A DNA stretch of 64,000 nucleotides from Candidatus Saccharimonadota bacterium (GCA_037137935.1 JBAXJI010000001.1:1771-65770), one strand, 5' to 3'. Positions 29,509 to 38,708 are shown, numbered from the stretch's first letter. Notes: generated by a model not told the origin, from the letters alone. Made by a program: numbers and translations.

Positions 29509-31119
29509 AATTGTTTTATTATCTTCAGTTCGTACGGCTTTTTCGGTAACGTCAAACTTATCTAAATACTTGCCAAACATTAATCTAGTCTGTGAGTATA
29601 GCGCCGATGCGCCACTGTAAACTATGGTTGTGACTGGCAAATACACCCATTGAATAATCATAAAGAAGGTTCGTCGCCTCTTATAGCGAGCTGGTTTTGG
29701 CGGCAAAATCTTAAGACTAAAATATAACGTGACGAAAATTCCAGCCAGGGCGATAGTCTCTATACGACTAGCGGTGATTGGTAGCAAATTAGAGCTTAGA
29801 TCTTTGGGATTAAATAAGGCTGGTATCAAGGCTCCAAAAGCTATCAACAGAGCTGATGTCGCCCAAGAAACGTGGCCTTCCATTAGACGCAGCCACTTTG
29901 CCCAAACGTCAAACCTAGAGATAGTGTTGGGAGTAAAGAAGCCCTTCTCTGCCACATAAGCGATGTCGGACGCACCCCACGCCCAGCGACGCATTTGTAT
30001 AAATTGAGCCTTCAGCGTCTTCCAATAACCACCTGCAAAAACAGCATCCTGAAATATTGGCAAAAAGATTGGATAAACTTCGTGTTTACCTTCGTAGCGG
30101 AAGTATGTTCGCCAGAACTGGTGGCCATCCTCTACGATAGTACGAACACTCCAGTAGTCAGTATCGATGAGTGTTTGCATGCTCTGAGCGTGTGCAGAAA
30201 AGTTGCGCAAAATATGTGGTCGAAGCATCATTAAGGTCATCCAAAACGAGTTGCCTGTTGCTACTACGCGCATCGGCGCTGGCGCATCCCATATATTATT
30301 AGTAAAAATAGGAATAGGCTGGAAAGAAATATATTGTGGTTCTGGACAGATACAGTAAGTATAAGAAACCGACGCCAAGTACCAAGGATGAGGTCGATTA
30401 TCTGAGTCAAGAGTCGTAACAACTACACGAATAGGGTCAATGGCGCGTGCCTTTAAATATTTTTCTAGTTCACGGCCTGCAAAAGTGATATTGCCGCCCT
30501 TCCCTCTGACTTCGCCGGGCATATTATCGGGATGCTTAACGGCCAAAGCGCCCATAAACTTATCTTTATAATCAGCAACTAATTGATTGGCTCTAACTTC
30601 GGTATCTGGTCCTCCCCTCTCTTCAAAAGCTAAGACTAATATAACTTTACTCATGTCATATTTAGAATCTAAAACAGCCTGAATAGTCGGCTCGAGCACT
30701 TCTCGACTCTCTTTGTATGTAGCAATGATAATAGCGTGTATTAAATCACTGGGTTTTACTGGCGCCGGCGCTATAGCTAATCTGTCTATGTTGCGTTTAT
30801 GCCAATCTGGATACATTTTTTGACTATGATGAATCTTGCCCGCTTCGAGGTCGTCAATCATATCTGTCCAGTTTAGCTTCTTATAAAGCTCCATTTTCTT
30901 ATAGCCCTGAATAGCTCGAACATCCATGCCGATAGACTTTACAAACCAAAGCAACAGATATGCAATTATAAAAAATATAACTACTTTTGGCACGAAAGTG
31001 CTTAAAACAAATGGCAGAATCAGAACCGACCAACTAGTAGCACCTGGCAGTATCTCGAAGAATCTATAGCGACGGCCACGATCTTTTTCGTATGGAATCT
31101 CTATATCTTTTACGTTCAT
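29503..31119 (-). CDS. Family 2 glycosyltransferase, processive type (cellulose/chitin-synthase-like), integral membrane
   Basis: The QxxRW motif (FIQMRRWAWG) follows a cytoplasmic GT domain with DSD. TM helices at both ends. Confidence 0.55.
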   Translation of the reverse strand: MNVKDIEIPYEKDRGRRYRFFEILPGATSWSVLILPFVLSTFVPKVVIFFIIAYLLLWFVKSIGMDVRAIQGYKKMELYKKLNWTDMIDDLEAGKIHHSQKMYPDWHKRNIDRLAIAPAPVKPSDLIHAIIIATYKESREVLEPTIQAVLDSKYDMSKVILVLAFEERGGPDTEVRANQLVADYKDKFMGALAVKHPDNMPGEVRGKGGNITFAGRELEKYLKARAIDPIRVVVTTLDSDNRPHPWYLASVSYTYCICPEPQYISFQPIPIFTNNIWDAPAPMRVVATGNSFWMTLMMLRPHILRNFSAHAQSMQTLIDTDYWSVRTIVEDGHQFWRTYFRYEGKHEVYPIFLPIFQDAVFAGGYWKTLKAQFIQMRRWAWGASDIAYVAEKGFFTPNTISRFDVWAKWLRLMEGHVSWATSALLIAFGALIPALFNPKDLSSNLLPITASRIETIALAGIFVTLYFSLKILPPKPARYKRRRTFFMIIQWVYLPVTTIVYSGASALYSQTRLMFGKYLDKFDVTEKAVRTEDNKTIL

Positions 31120-31128
31120 TTGTACCTT

Positions 31129-31488
31129 TTAACCCTGCACAAGCAAGGCGTTACTAACAATAACTGCGGCAGAAGTCAGGATTAGTCCGAGACCAAGTAC
31201 AGCAACAGCATACTGGCGATGATGCTTATAGATTCGATAACTTAGCAAAGTAGTAATTAACAATGTGGCAACCATGAATAGCGCAAAGGCTTGGATCTCG
31301 TATGCGCTACCCATTTTGAAGGCACTAATACCTAAGTTGGCACGCCATTCTACTGTATAACTTTGACTACGACCACTGTCGATACGCAACAAAGTCATCA
31401 TTCCACCAAGTAGCGTCAAGAAACTACTAATACTGATAATCAGTAGTACTGTCCTGTCGTGAAAATATTTTTGCTCTAAGCTAGCCAT
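31129..31488 (-). CDS. Small integral membrane protein
   Basis: 119 aa, 3-4 TM helices. Adjacent to the GT2 gene. Confidence 0.35.
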   Translation of the reverse strand: MASLEQKYFHDRTVLLIISISSFLTLLGGMMTLLRIDSGRSQSYTVEWRANLGISAFKMGSAYEIQAFALFMVATLLITTLLSYRIYKHHRQYAVAVLGLGLILTSAAVIVSNALLVQG

Positions 31489-31546
31489 TACACTATATTC
31501 TACACTGTTTTATAGGCTGAGTAGAAATAATTTATCCACTTGCCCG

Positions 31547-31852
31547 CTAACTCTGCTTCGACTGAGTCTGATTACGACGAGCTTGAGTACTTAGCGCTTC
31601 AAAAGTTAGCGCCATAGTCTCGCTCATCAAACGGCGCACTGATATATCCTCACTAGAAGACATAATAAAACCACCAAGAACTCTCAAAAGTTCTGGTTGA
31701 GTATCGCGCATACCTTCGTGAGACAGTTTAATCAATGCTGGCAAATCAGAGTTCATGCCTTCAAAAATCTCCACAGCAACAGGAGCTTCCACTATTGGAA
31801 GATGATGTGGTCTAGGATGATTAGTCGGGCGCTCTTGAGGATTAGGCAACAT
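31547..31852 (-). CDS. Hypothetical protein
   Basis: 101-aa ORF. Confidence 0.3.
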   Translation of the reverse strand: MLPNPQERPTNHPRPHHLPIVEAPVAVEIFEGMNSDLPALIKLSHEGMRDTQPELLRVLGGFIMSSSEDISVRRLMSETMALTFEALSTQARRNQTQSKQS

Positions 31853-32010
31853 ATTACATAAATAATATCACCTTAATACTATAAGGGTCAAGATTATGCT
31901 TTAGTAGTATTATTTGCGGGGCTCGAGCGGATAGCGTTAAGTAAACTTTCGCAACCTCAAAACTAGTCTTGAGGTTGGTTTTAACATCAACATAATTTAG
32001 AAGTATGGGC

Positions 32011-32775
32011 CTATTTTATTACTGAGGGAGTTATACCGGCAATATCTTCTTTATCTAAATGTGATCCTTGTTCCTTCAATTTTAGGGCTTGGGCAATACG
32101 GTTATAAGCCACAACTCGCGCCATCTTATCTTCTAGTGCCTCCACAGATGACAATATAGTCTCAATATCTTCAGTACCTGTTAGCGTCTCGCTAACCAGT
32201 GCATCTATCGTTTGTTCGTCCTCTTCCCCGACCTGCACAACAAACATCGGGGTATCTAGATCAGCCTCAGGGCGTTCTTCAGAAAAACGGGTCTGCATAT
32301 GCTCTATTAATGCATCTTTCGATATCTTCTCGTCATCAATCCCTTCCAAAAGCTCCATAAGATACCCTTCAGCACCAATTTTACGTGCTGTATCACAAAG
32401 CTTGTCTATGCTATTCAATGCGACTTTTTCGGCAGGATCACGATATTTACGACCATAACTGCCCATTGAATCAGCATTTAAGATATTGCCTTTTACGGCT
32501 TGTAATTGGGCATCTAGGTACTTTGGGTCACCAGAAACCAACGCTAAGACACGAGCGGCGTTTGATTGGCCATGATCCAATCTTTCGTGAAGTTCGCTCG
32601 ATGCACGTTCATTTCCGTTTACGACTAAATATCCCAAGATCTCATTGCCACCAGGTTCGTAATCTTTTTCCGAAATACTATGCACGGCAAGCCATTCGGC
32701 ATTATCAATAGGGTTCATAGGCTCTGCTAGAGCTTCATCTAGTGGTTTTTCTTGACTATCTGTAATACTTTCCAT
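32011..32775 (-). CDS. Hypothetical acidic protein (cassette 1 of tRNA-Asp array)
   Basis: 254 aa. Bounded by the degenerate core at 31915 and the repeat at 32819. Confidence 0.4.
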   Translation of the reverse strand: MESITDSQEKPLDEALAEPMNPIDNAEWLAVHSISEKDYEPGGNEILGYLVVNGNERASSELHERLDHGQSNAARVLALVSGDPKYLDAQLQAVKGNILNADSMGSYGRKYRDPAEKVALNSIDKLCDTARKIGAEGYLMELLEGIDDEKISKDALIEHMQTRFSEERPEADLDTPMFVVQVGEEDEQTIDALVSETLTGTEDIETILSSVEALEDKMARVVAYNRIAQALKLKEQGSHLDKEDIAGITPSVIK

Positions 32776-32818
32776 GAGGTAAATAATAGCACTACCTTAA
32801 TAAAAGTCAAAACAATGC

Positions 32819-32895
32819 TCGACCGGATAGCGTCGGGCTTGCTCGCAGGCTAACCAGCCTGCGGCTTCCGCAAAAGCATCCTAGGTCGCAAATGT
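32819..32895 (-). repeat. tRNA-Asp 3'-end-derived att-like repeat + conserved arm
   Basis: ctcgaccggatagcgtcgggc...gcaggctaaccagcctgcggcttccgca. Confidence 0.7.
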
Positions 32896-32910
32896 TTTTA
32901 GTAAGTTACA

Positions 32911-34101
32911 TTAGAATTTATTCTTGTAGCAGAGCTCACCAGCGTCATGACGATTATAACTCTCATAAGCTGAGTAGCCATCAGTATCAATATTATTGAC
33001 CGAATAGTATGCGACATTAAAGTCTTTACTTTTCTTCTTGTAGTCCACACATAGTTTGTAATAGTAATTGTAAACAGGAACTTGTGGATTAGTGTCGTTA
33101 AATATTCTATAGGTATTAGTAGTACTAGAGGTATTAGTAGTACTAGTTATTTTGGATGGAGTGCCGTTACTATTTGGAGTATAACGCACCAGATTTCTGT
33201 CTATAATACTCTTCACATCACCTTGAGCATCCATTTGGCTCAATGTTTCAGGCAGTTTATTATTTTTACGTATGTAGACTTTTATTGCGGCATCGACACC
33301 CGTAAGATTTGATTCTAATAATTTATCATCACGCGTTAACCTAGCATTTGCCATTGGGCCAAAAATTCCTAATAAACAGATGATACCGACTGTTACCGCA
33401 ATAAATATCAAAAATGCCCGACGAACCCAAGGGAATTTGACTGGATTTAGTGTTCTCAAAAACACTGAAGCATAAATGACGGCAATGATTATCGAACTAA
33501 ACAGTGTAATTTGGGCGCCTGTTTTGTCGCCGCTAGACGTAAACATCTGAACCATAGAGAATGCTGCGCCAATTATCGCTCCAATACCAAATAGTGCAAA
33601 TATAACTGCGTGAATAATCATGACCGCCATGGCAGCACCAGTTTTCTTGACCTCTTCACGTTTGGTGAATAGTACATCGCAAATTACCGATATTGGAAGC
33701 AGCACGAGTACTGCAGCGATACCGTAAGGCGTGAAGCCGTCAGTACTCACATCTCCAATAAAAGTGGCAATAATAGTACTAACAAGTACGGATAGCGCCA
33801 ATACTGTCCATCCCCAAAAAGCATACGTAAGCCATTCGAGCACAATAATTCCTGCACCTGCAGATTCCTTTGCGAGAACTTGCTGAGGAACGTTTGTGGC
33901 AGACTGCTGGCTTGATAAGCCTTGCGATGGCTGCGCTACTAGTGGTTGAGGCGTCGCGATCGGGCTACTTACTGGTGCTACAACTTCAGCTGCTTGGTAG
34001 CTATTTAGAGTTTCGATTGATGGCGCGGGATTTGTCTGGTCAATATTAGGCGGCGCGGCAGGTTCTAGCGAATGAGGAATCGGATTTATGTCCATAAGCA
34101 C
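32911..34101 (-). CDS. Hypothetical polytopic membrane protein with Pro/Ser-rich N-terminus (cassette 2)
   Basis: 396 aa. At least 6 TM helices. Thr-rich C-terminal extracellular domain. Confidence 0.4.
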   Translation of the reverse strand: MLMDINPIPHSLEPAAPPNIDQTNPAPSIETLNSYQAAEVVAPVSSPIATPQPLVAQPSQGLSSQQSATNVPQQVLAKESAGAGIIVLEWLTYAFWGWTVLALSVLVSTIIATFIGDVSTDGFTPYGIAAVLVLLPISVICDVLFTKREEVKKTGAAMAVMIIHAVIFALFGIGAIIGAAFSMVQMFTSSGDKTGAQITLFSSIIIAVIYASVFLRTLNPVKFPWVRRAFLIFIAVTVGIICLLGIFGPMANARLTRDDKLLESNLTGVDAAIKVYIRKNNKLPETLSQMDAQGDVKSIIDRNLVRYTPNSNGTPSKITSTTNTSSTTNTYRIFNDTNPQVPVYNYYYKLCVDYKKKSKDFNVAYYSVNNIDTDGYSAYESYNRHDAGELCYKNKF

Positions 34102-34185
34102 AAGTATAATACACCTTAGGTTAAATAGACATTACATTAATTTTAAAACTTACCAAATCCAGAAACAATATTCAGGTCGTAAATA

Positions 34186-34300
34186 CCTGCCCGGATAGCG
34201 TCTGGCCTATGGCGCCGGCTAACCAGCCTGCGGCTTCCGCAAATTAGCTTAAGCCCCAACCGCCGGTTCAGCCTTTTTAGAAACTCGACCGGATAGCGTC
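34186..34300 (-). repeat. Two adjacent att-like repeat copies (one degenerate)
   Basis: ctgcccggatagcgtctggcc...ggctaaccagcctgcggcttccgca... then ctcgaccggatagcgtcggtagc. Confidence 0.65.
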
Positions 34301-34347
34301 GGTAGCTATTTTTTAGTCAACTCTCACACAATAGTCTTAGATGCAAT

Positions 34348-34824
34348 TTAGCTTCCAAACACCTGTTGTGCAATCACTACTTGATAAATATCTTTTTTTT
34401 GTTCAGCAGGAGGCAATTGGTCGAACGGAACATCAAGTTCACCGCCCTTAGCCCACTCGTTACGTGACATCCATGCGTCGTGAATAATAGAACCCACACT
34501 ACTGCGTTGTTCAGGGTTTTTAAGATCAATTTGAGCGTCTTTGTCCATCATCATACCTACCACAACTTCAGACGCGGCCTTGTTTTCTGCCTGCCAATCA
34601 CTAGGTAAGCTGTCGTATGCTGTATTTGCAATATCTACTTGGTCAGTACCATTTGCCGCAATCCATGCTTCATCCTTAGTGGACTTAACTCTAGGCTCAA
34701 ACGATCCATCTTCCTGTAGACGTGTTTTACGCCAATCTTCGTGCAAGGCCCCTGCTAGCTTATAAACTGCTGCTGCAACTACTTCTAACGGATCTGCACT
34801 TTGTGGTTCTTTTTCATCATTCAT
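34348..34824 (-). CDS. Hypothetical protein with two RyR-domain-like repeats (cassette 3)
   Basis: HEDWRKTRLQEDG... and IHDAWMSRNEWAKGGELDVPFDQLPPAEQKKD resemble the bacterial/phage RyR domain signature (W..GW/ lvpydeLpe.eK). Confidence 0.35.
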   Translation of the reverse strand: MNDEKEPQSADPLEVVAAAVYKLAGALHEDWRKTRLQEDGSFEPRVKSTKDEAWIAANGTDQVDIANTAYDSLPSDWQAENKAASEVVVGMMMDKDAQIDLKNPEQRSSVGSIIHDAWMSRNEWAKGGELDVPFDQLPPAEQKKDIYQVVIAQQVFGS

Positions 34825-34917
34825 CTTATGAATTTTCCTCTATGGTTAATTTTATTAAACTTAGTCTAATATTAGCCTAATGCTTATGTATTTCAAATCC
34901 CAGTGTTTGATGTGAGT

Positions 34918-35080
34918 TCGACCAGATAGCGTCTGGCCTTCGGCGCAGGCTAACCAGCCTGCGGCTTCCGCATATTAGCGGAACCGCAGCCGCCAGTTCA
35001 AATCACTGGCGACCCTGCCCAAAGTAAAAGACCAGTCATTCGACTGGTCTTTTACTTTGGCGGGCCGTAGCGGGAGCTGT
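34918..35080 (-). repeat. att-like repeat (ttcgaccagatagcgtctggcc...) plus an 18-bp perfect hairpin terminator
   Basis: Conserved arm gcaggctaaccagcctgcggcttccgcatattagcggaaccgcagccgccagttcaaatcactgg. Hairpin AAAGTAAAAGACCAGTC-attc-GACTGGTCTTTTACTTTG. Confidence 0.65.
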
Positions 35081-35086
35081 CCGGAA

Positions 35087-35410
35087 CTACTTCTCAGGTT
35101 CTGTACTAGAGAAAGAAGCGTTCAATGCGTCAGCGCCTGCCTGGCGTTCTAATAGAACCAGTGTTCCCACTAGCACTTCAAACATTGGTTGATGAAGCTC
35201 GCTAGGGTACTTGCCGACTTGCATTTCAATAAAAGCAACGAGATTAGGGTTGGTTGCCATAACCTTATTTTGCATCTCAGTTAATCGTTCACCCCAAGCC
35301 TGACCATCACCGTTATTATTTGTATACTGACTTTTTAGGGCTTCTAATGTTTCGCCAGATATAACTGGGATACTAGCCTCGTCTGATGGCTGTTTTTCAG
35401 AATTATCCAC
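35087..35410 (-). CDS. Hypothetical protein (cassette 4, distal gene)
   Basis: 107 aa. Overlaps the upstream ORF by 8 bp. Confidence 0.35.
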   Translation of the reverse strand: MDNSEKQPSDEASIPVISGETLEALKSQYTNNNGDGQAWGERLTEMQNKVMATNPNLVAFIEMQVGKYPSELHQPMFEVLVGTLVLLERQAGADALNASFSSTEPEK

Positions 35411-36149
35411 GGCTAACTACCCCTTTCAAAAGACTTTTGACAGTGCGCTTAGGTGGAATGGCTTGCGAGATTTCTGGCGTACCAGAACCAAGCTGAACGG
35501 TACCGTCAGACATTCGACGACGGATATCTACAGCCATTTCCTTGGCTTCGGCAATCTGTTCTTCACTCATACCACGCTGACGTTGAGCTTCAACAATGTC
35601 TCCGATATTCCAAGCAGGCAAACCACGAGCAAAAGCTACAGCAAGCTGGTGAGTATTGAGGCCTTGCAACGTACCAGCCTTGTTGGCTACAAGATGATGG
35701 TCGTGTGACACGGCGGCGTCTATAAGGGTTCCTGAAAGCTGAACACCACGACTGCCAGCTTCTTCAATATCTTGAACTGGTTCATACCACATCTCCCAAT
35801 CCTTTGGCACTTGACCGCTAAAGTGCTGCTTCCAGGCAAGCTCCCAACGCTTCGAAACAATGTCACGACTAAGTGAGCCACGGGTTCGGTCCTCATCCCA
35901 ATGCGGGTTGTTCTTGTACCATTCAGCTCTACTCGCAATATCATCTTCAGCAACAGAGTGTTCTGTTGACGGATCAAATATGTATACGCCATCCGTAAAC
36001 ATACTGCGCTCTAAATCGCTAACATTAGGATTGGCAAGAGTTTCTTTTACTGGCGAGGCCAGAACTAGCTCTAGGTTTTCTGATTTAGGTTTTTGTGTTT
36101 CAGGCAATGTCATAGTTTGTATACTAGCATAAGCTTGTTGATTTGTCAA
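35403..36149 (-). CDS. Hypothetical protein (cassette 4, proximal gene)
   Basis: 248 aa. Confidence 0.4.
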   Translation of the reverse strand: MTNQQAYASIQTMTLPETQKPKSENLELVLASPVKETLANPNVSDLERSMFTDGVYIFDPSTEHSVAEDDIASRAEWYKNNPHWDEDRTRGSLSRDIVSKRWELAWKQHFSGQVPKDWEMWYEPVQDIEEAGSRGVQLSGTLIDAAVSHDHHLVANKAGTLQGLNTHQLAVAFARGLPAWNIGDIVEAQRQRGMSEEQIAEAKEMAVDIRRRMSDGTVQLGSGTPEISQAIPPKRTVKSLLKGVVSRG

Positions 36150-36320
36150 TCTGATGCGCGCCGGCTAACCAGCCTGCGGCTTCCGCAAAGTTAGCCTAAG
36201 CCGCAGCCGCCGGTTCAGTATTCTTAGAAACTCGACCGGATAGCGTCGGGCTAGCGCGCCGGCTAACCAGCCTGCGGCTTCCGCAAAATAGCGGAACCGC
36301 AGCCGCCGGTTCAAATCCGA
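36150..36320 (-). repeat. Two tandem copies of the conserved arm with a central att-like core (ctcgaccggatagcgtcgggc)
   Basis: gcgcgccggctaaccagcctgcggcttccgcaaa... occurs twice. The second copy ends gccgccggttcaaatccg, identical to the tRNA-Asp T-arm. Confidence 0.7.
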
Positions 36321-36439
36321 AGAGACGCGTGCAAGAAAAAAGCCCCAAACCCTTCGGGGTTGAGACTTTTATCTTGGCGGGGCATGGAGTCGGATTTTAG
36401 AACTAAATTGTTAGAAAATTAGTCATCTTCACTGTGAGT

Positions 36440-37372
36440 TTATTTGAAGCTATCTGGATCTTCATATATACCAAGCTTTTCAAGCTCTTTTCTAGCTTCT
36501 ACTGGATCGACTATTTCCTCTACAATCCTACGTGCTAAACGATTAAACCATTCTTTTGTGCGTTCACTAAGTTCTAGCTTGTATACTCCTTGCTCTACAA
36601 GCGCTTCAGTAATCATAGTTCTCGTTATTTTACTAAGCAGTGGGGTCATGTCAGACGGCACGTCTAAAGAACTTTCTTCTTTAAAATTATTTTCCCTGCG
36701 CTCTTGTGTAATATCTGATTCTGTTAAAATTGGGTACTCGTCGCTTACGGCATTCGGGGCATTTATGTTGTTTAAGGCTCCAGATCGAATATGAACAGTA
36801 ATAGATAAATCAAATGGTCGACGGCTATCTTCTGATGGCTTCTCGGCGAATAATTCATATCTTATTCCGTTTAAAGAATTGCTATCGGCGTACACCTCCA
36901 CCCAAGAGAAATCTGGGTGATCGACCTCTCCAGAATAGCTGATGAATCTACCACTATGATTGCCGTAAATTGCATCTTGAAGGTCTTGAACGTAGAATAA
37001 TCGTTCCAATTCATCTGTTCTGTGCTTCATTGCATCTAAGGTTGTAGGTTCGGGATCGGCAAAGTTTGAACTAATAGGCCATATACTTCGTACAAGATCA
37101 CGCCCAGTTAAACCGTCTTTTGAATTTCGCTCAAGACGACTGACAAGTCCTTCACGTACTGCTGCAATGGCCTCGTCTGAACCACCAACTAAACCAGCTG
37201 ATCTGAATGTATGTGATTCTGGTTCAAACAGTCTGCCCATGACTTCATCTACGCTGGCAGGTAAATCTACGTCAATGTTTTCGGGACTCGACTGACTAAT
37301 TGCATTGAGCCTAGACTCGATGCTAAGTGGAGCTTGATCTTGATCGGGGTTCGAGTCGTTGGGTACGCTCAT
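36440..37372 (-). CDS. Hypothetical protein (cassette 5)
   Basis: 310 aa. An intrinsic terminator (AACCC-cgaa-GGGTT GGGGC TTTTTT on the minus strand) lies at about 36335-36360. Confidence 0.4.
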   Translation of the reverse strand: MSVPNDSNPDQDQAPLSIESRLNAISQSSPENIDVDLPASVDEVMGRLFEPESHTFRSAGLVGGSDEAIAAVREGLVSRLERNSKDGLTGRDLVRSIWPISSNFADPEPTTLDAMKHRTDELERLFYVQDLQDAIYGNHSGRFISYSGEVDHPDFSWVEVYADSNSLNGIRYELFAEKPSEDSRRPFDLSITVHIRSGALNNINAPNAVSDEYPILTESDITQERRENNFKEESSLDVPSDMTPLLSKITRTMITEALVEQGVYKLELSERTKEWFNRLARRIVEEIVDPVEARKELEKLGIYEDPDSFK

Positions 37373-37502
37373 TTTTACCTTTTTTATTTTTTAATTTAAT
37401 TATTAGTCTAGTTATTATCTTAGCATTAAAGTTTGTATATGTCAAGTACGTGTGGTTGTTAGGAGACAAGAAGAAAAACACTTCTTAAAAGAAGTGCTTA
37501 TG

Positions 37503-37610
37503 CTTGGCGGGCTCGACCGGATAGCGTCTGGCTTGCTCGCAGGCTAACCAGCCTGCGGCTTCCGCATATTAGCTTAAGCCGCAGCCACCGGTTCAAATCG
37601 CTGGCGACCC
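37503..37610 (-). repeat. att-like repeat with a perfect 19-bp tRNA-Asp 3' core (ttggcgggctcgaccggat) + conserved arm
   Basis: ttggcgggctcgaccggatagcgtctggcttgctcgcaggctaaccagcctgcggcttccgcatattagcttaagccgcagccaccggttcaaatcgctgg. Confidence 0.75.
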
Positions 37611-37670
37611 TGTCCACAACAAAATAACCGCCCATAATGTGAGCGGTTATTAAGTTGAGGAATCTGGTTA

Positions 37671-37994
37671 CTAGAGACCTTTGACTTTGTCGTAAATCTC
37701 AGCAGCCTGTCCAGCCTGATTGTCAGCTTCTGTCCGTGCAGCCTGTGCTTGCTCGGCTTGCTGAGTAGATGCGCGTACTGGACCTCTGTTTTCAATATCT
37801 CGGAATCTCGTATTGCCGATATTGCTTGCGGCTTCTAAGGCAAGACCACGGGCATGAACAACTGCTTCTTCTGCAGCCTTAGAGGCATAAGCCATAATCT
37901 CAGCTTTATGTGGGTCTACTACGGCGTTAGGGTGTTCCTGCAGGTAGTCTACTGGCTGTTCTGGCTGTTGAGAAATTGGTTCTTGTTCGCTCAT
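37671..37994 (-). CDS. Hypothetical protein (cassette 6)
   Basis: 107 aa. A terminator hairpin AATAACCGC...GCGGTTATT lies downstream at about 37615-37650. Confidence 0.35.
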   Translation of the reverse strand: MSEQEPISQQPEQPVDYLQEHPNAVVDPHKAEIMAYASKAAEEAVVHARGLALEAASNIGNTRFRDIENRGPVRASTQQAEQAQAARTEADNQAGQAAEIYDKVKGL

Positions 37995-38134
37995 TGTTAT
38001 AATTCCTTACTTAAATTATTATTTATTATTTGTTTTAGGTTATTGAACCTTAGCAACATACTAGCATGACCATGTTGATTTGTCAATAATTCTTAGCGCT
38101 TACAAGAAGCACATCTTTCAGAATTATTATGCTT

Positions 38135-38282
38135 GGCGGGCTCGACCGGATAGCGTCTGGCCTCTGGCGCAGGCTAACCGGGCCGTGACCTCGGCAAAAT
38201 TAGCCGAGTCACTTGCGCCGGTTCAAATCGCAAGTCAAAGACTTGCCCAAACAAAAAGCCCCATCAAAGATGGGACATTTTG
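38135..38282 (-). repeat. att-like repeat (perfect 19-bp core) + divergent arm + terminator of tRNA-Asp
   Basis: ttggcgggctcgaccggatagcgtctggcc...ccggttcaaatcgcaag... then minus-strand CCCATC-tttg-ATGGGG CTTTTTGTTT immediately 3' of tRNA-Asp. Confidence 0.7.
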
Positions 38283-38284
38283 TT

Positions 38285-38360
38285 TGGCGGGCTCGACCGG
38301 ATTTGAACCGGCGATCTCCTCCGTGACAGGGAGGCATGTTAACCACTACACCACGAGCCC
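38285..38360 (-). tRNA. tRNA-Asp (anticodon GTC), CCA encoded
   Basis: The reverse complement is GGGCTCG TG GTGT-AGTGGTTA-ACAT G CCTCC-CTGTCAC-GGAGG AGATC GCCGG-TTCAAAT-CCGGT CGAGCCC G CCA. Confidence 0.85.
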
Positions 38361-38489
38361 GTATTTGTTTAGACGTTAGTTCAAGCAAATACGCCTGTCA
38401 CTACGTTCATGTTATATTAGCAAATCTAAAGAGTTTATGCAATCATCTTCATCTGTTAGAATAATCAAGTCATCAGAGTTTTTCAGCGC

Positions 38490-38564
38490 GCCGAAGTAGC
38501 TCAGTGGTAGAGCAGTACTTTCGTAAAGTAAAGGTCGCGGGTCCAACTCCCGCCTTCGGCTCCA
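38490..38564 (+). tRNA. tRNA-Thr (anticodon CGT), CCA encoded
   Basis: Acceptor GCCGAAG/CTTCGGC. D-arm GCTC-AGTGGTA-GAGC. Anticodon stem TACT/AGTA with loop TTCGTAA. T-arm GCGGG-TCCAACT-CCCGC. The T-loop is slightly non-canonical, so the call should be verified with tRNAscan-SE. Confidence 0.6.
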
Positions 38565-38604
38565 AAAATCACAAAATGTATACATTATTGACGAGCGGGT
38601 ATGG

Positions 38605-38678
38605 TTTAGTGGTAAAACGTATCCTTCCCAAGGATGAATCGAGAGTTCGATTCTCTCTACCCGCACCATTTACGGATA
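38605..38678 (+). tRNA. tRNA-Gly (anticodon CCC), CCA encoded
   Basis: Acceptor GCGGGTA/TACCCGC. D-arm GTTT-AGTGGTA-AAAC. Anticodon stem TATCC/GGATG with loop TTCCCAA. T-arm GAGAG-TTCGATT-CTCTC. Confidence 0.75.
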
Positions 38679-38708
38679 AACTTGCTATACTGAAGCTTAT
38701 GATTAAAG

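Noticed and set aside
38504-38708. ORF-track start of the HAD hydrolase overlapping tRNA-Thr and tRNA-Gly
   Set aside because: The upstream part of the ORF is translated tRNA sequence. The true start is ATG at 38709 (MIKAVVFDYGGV).
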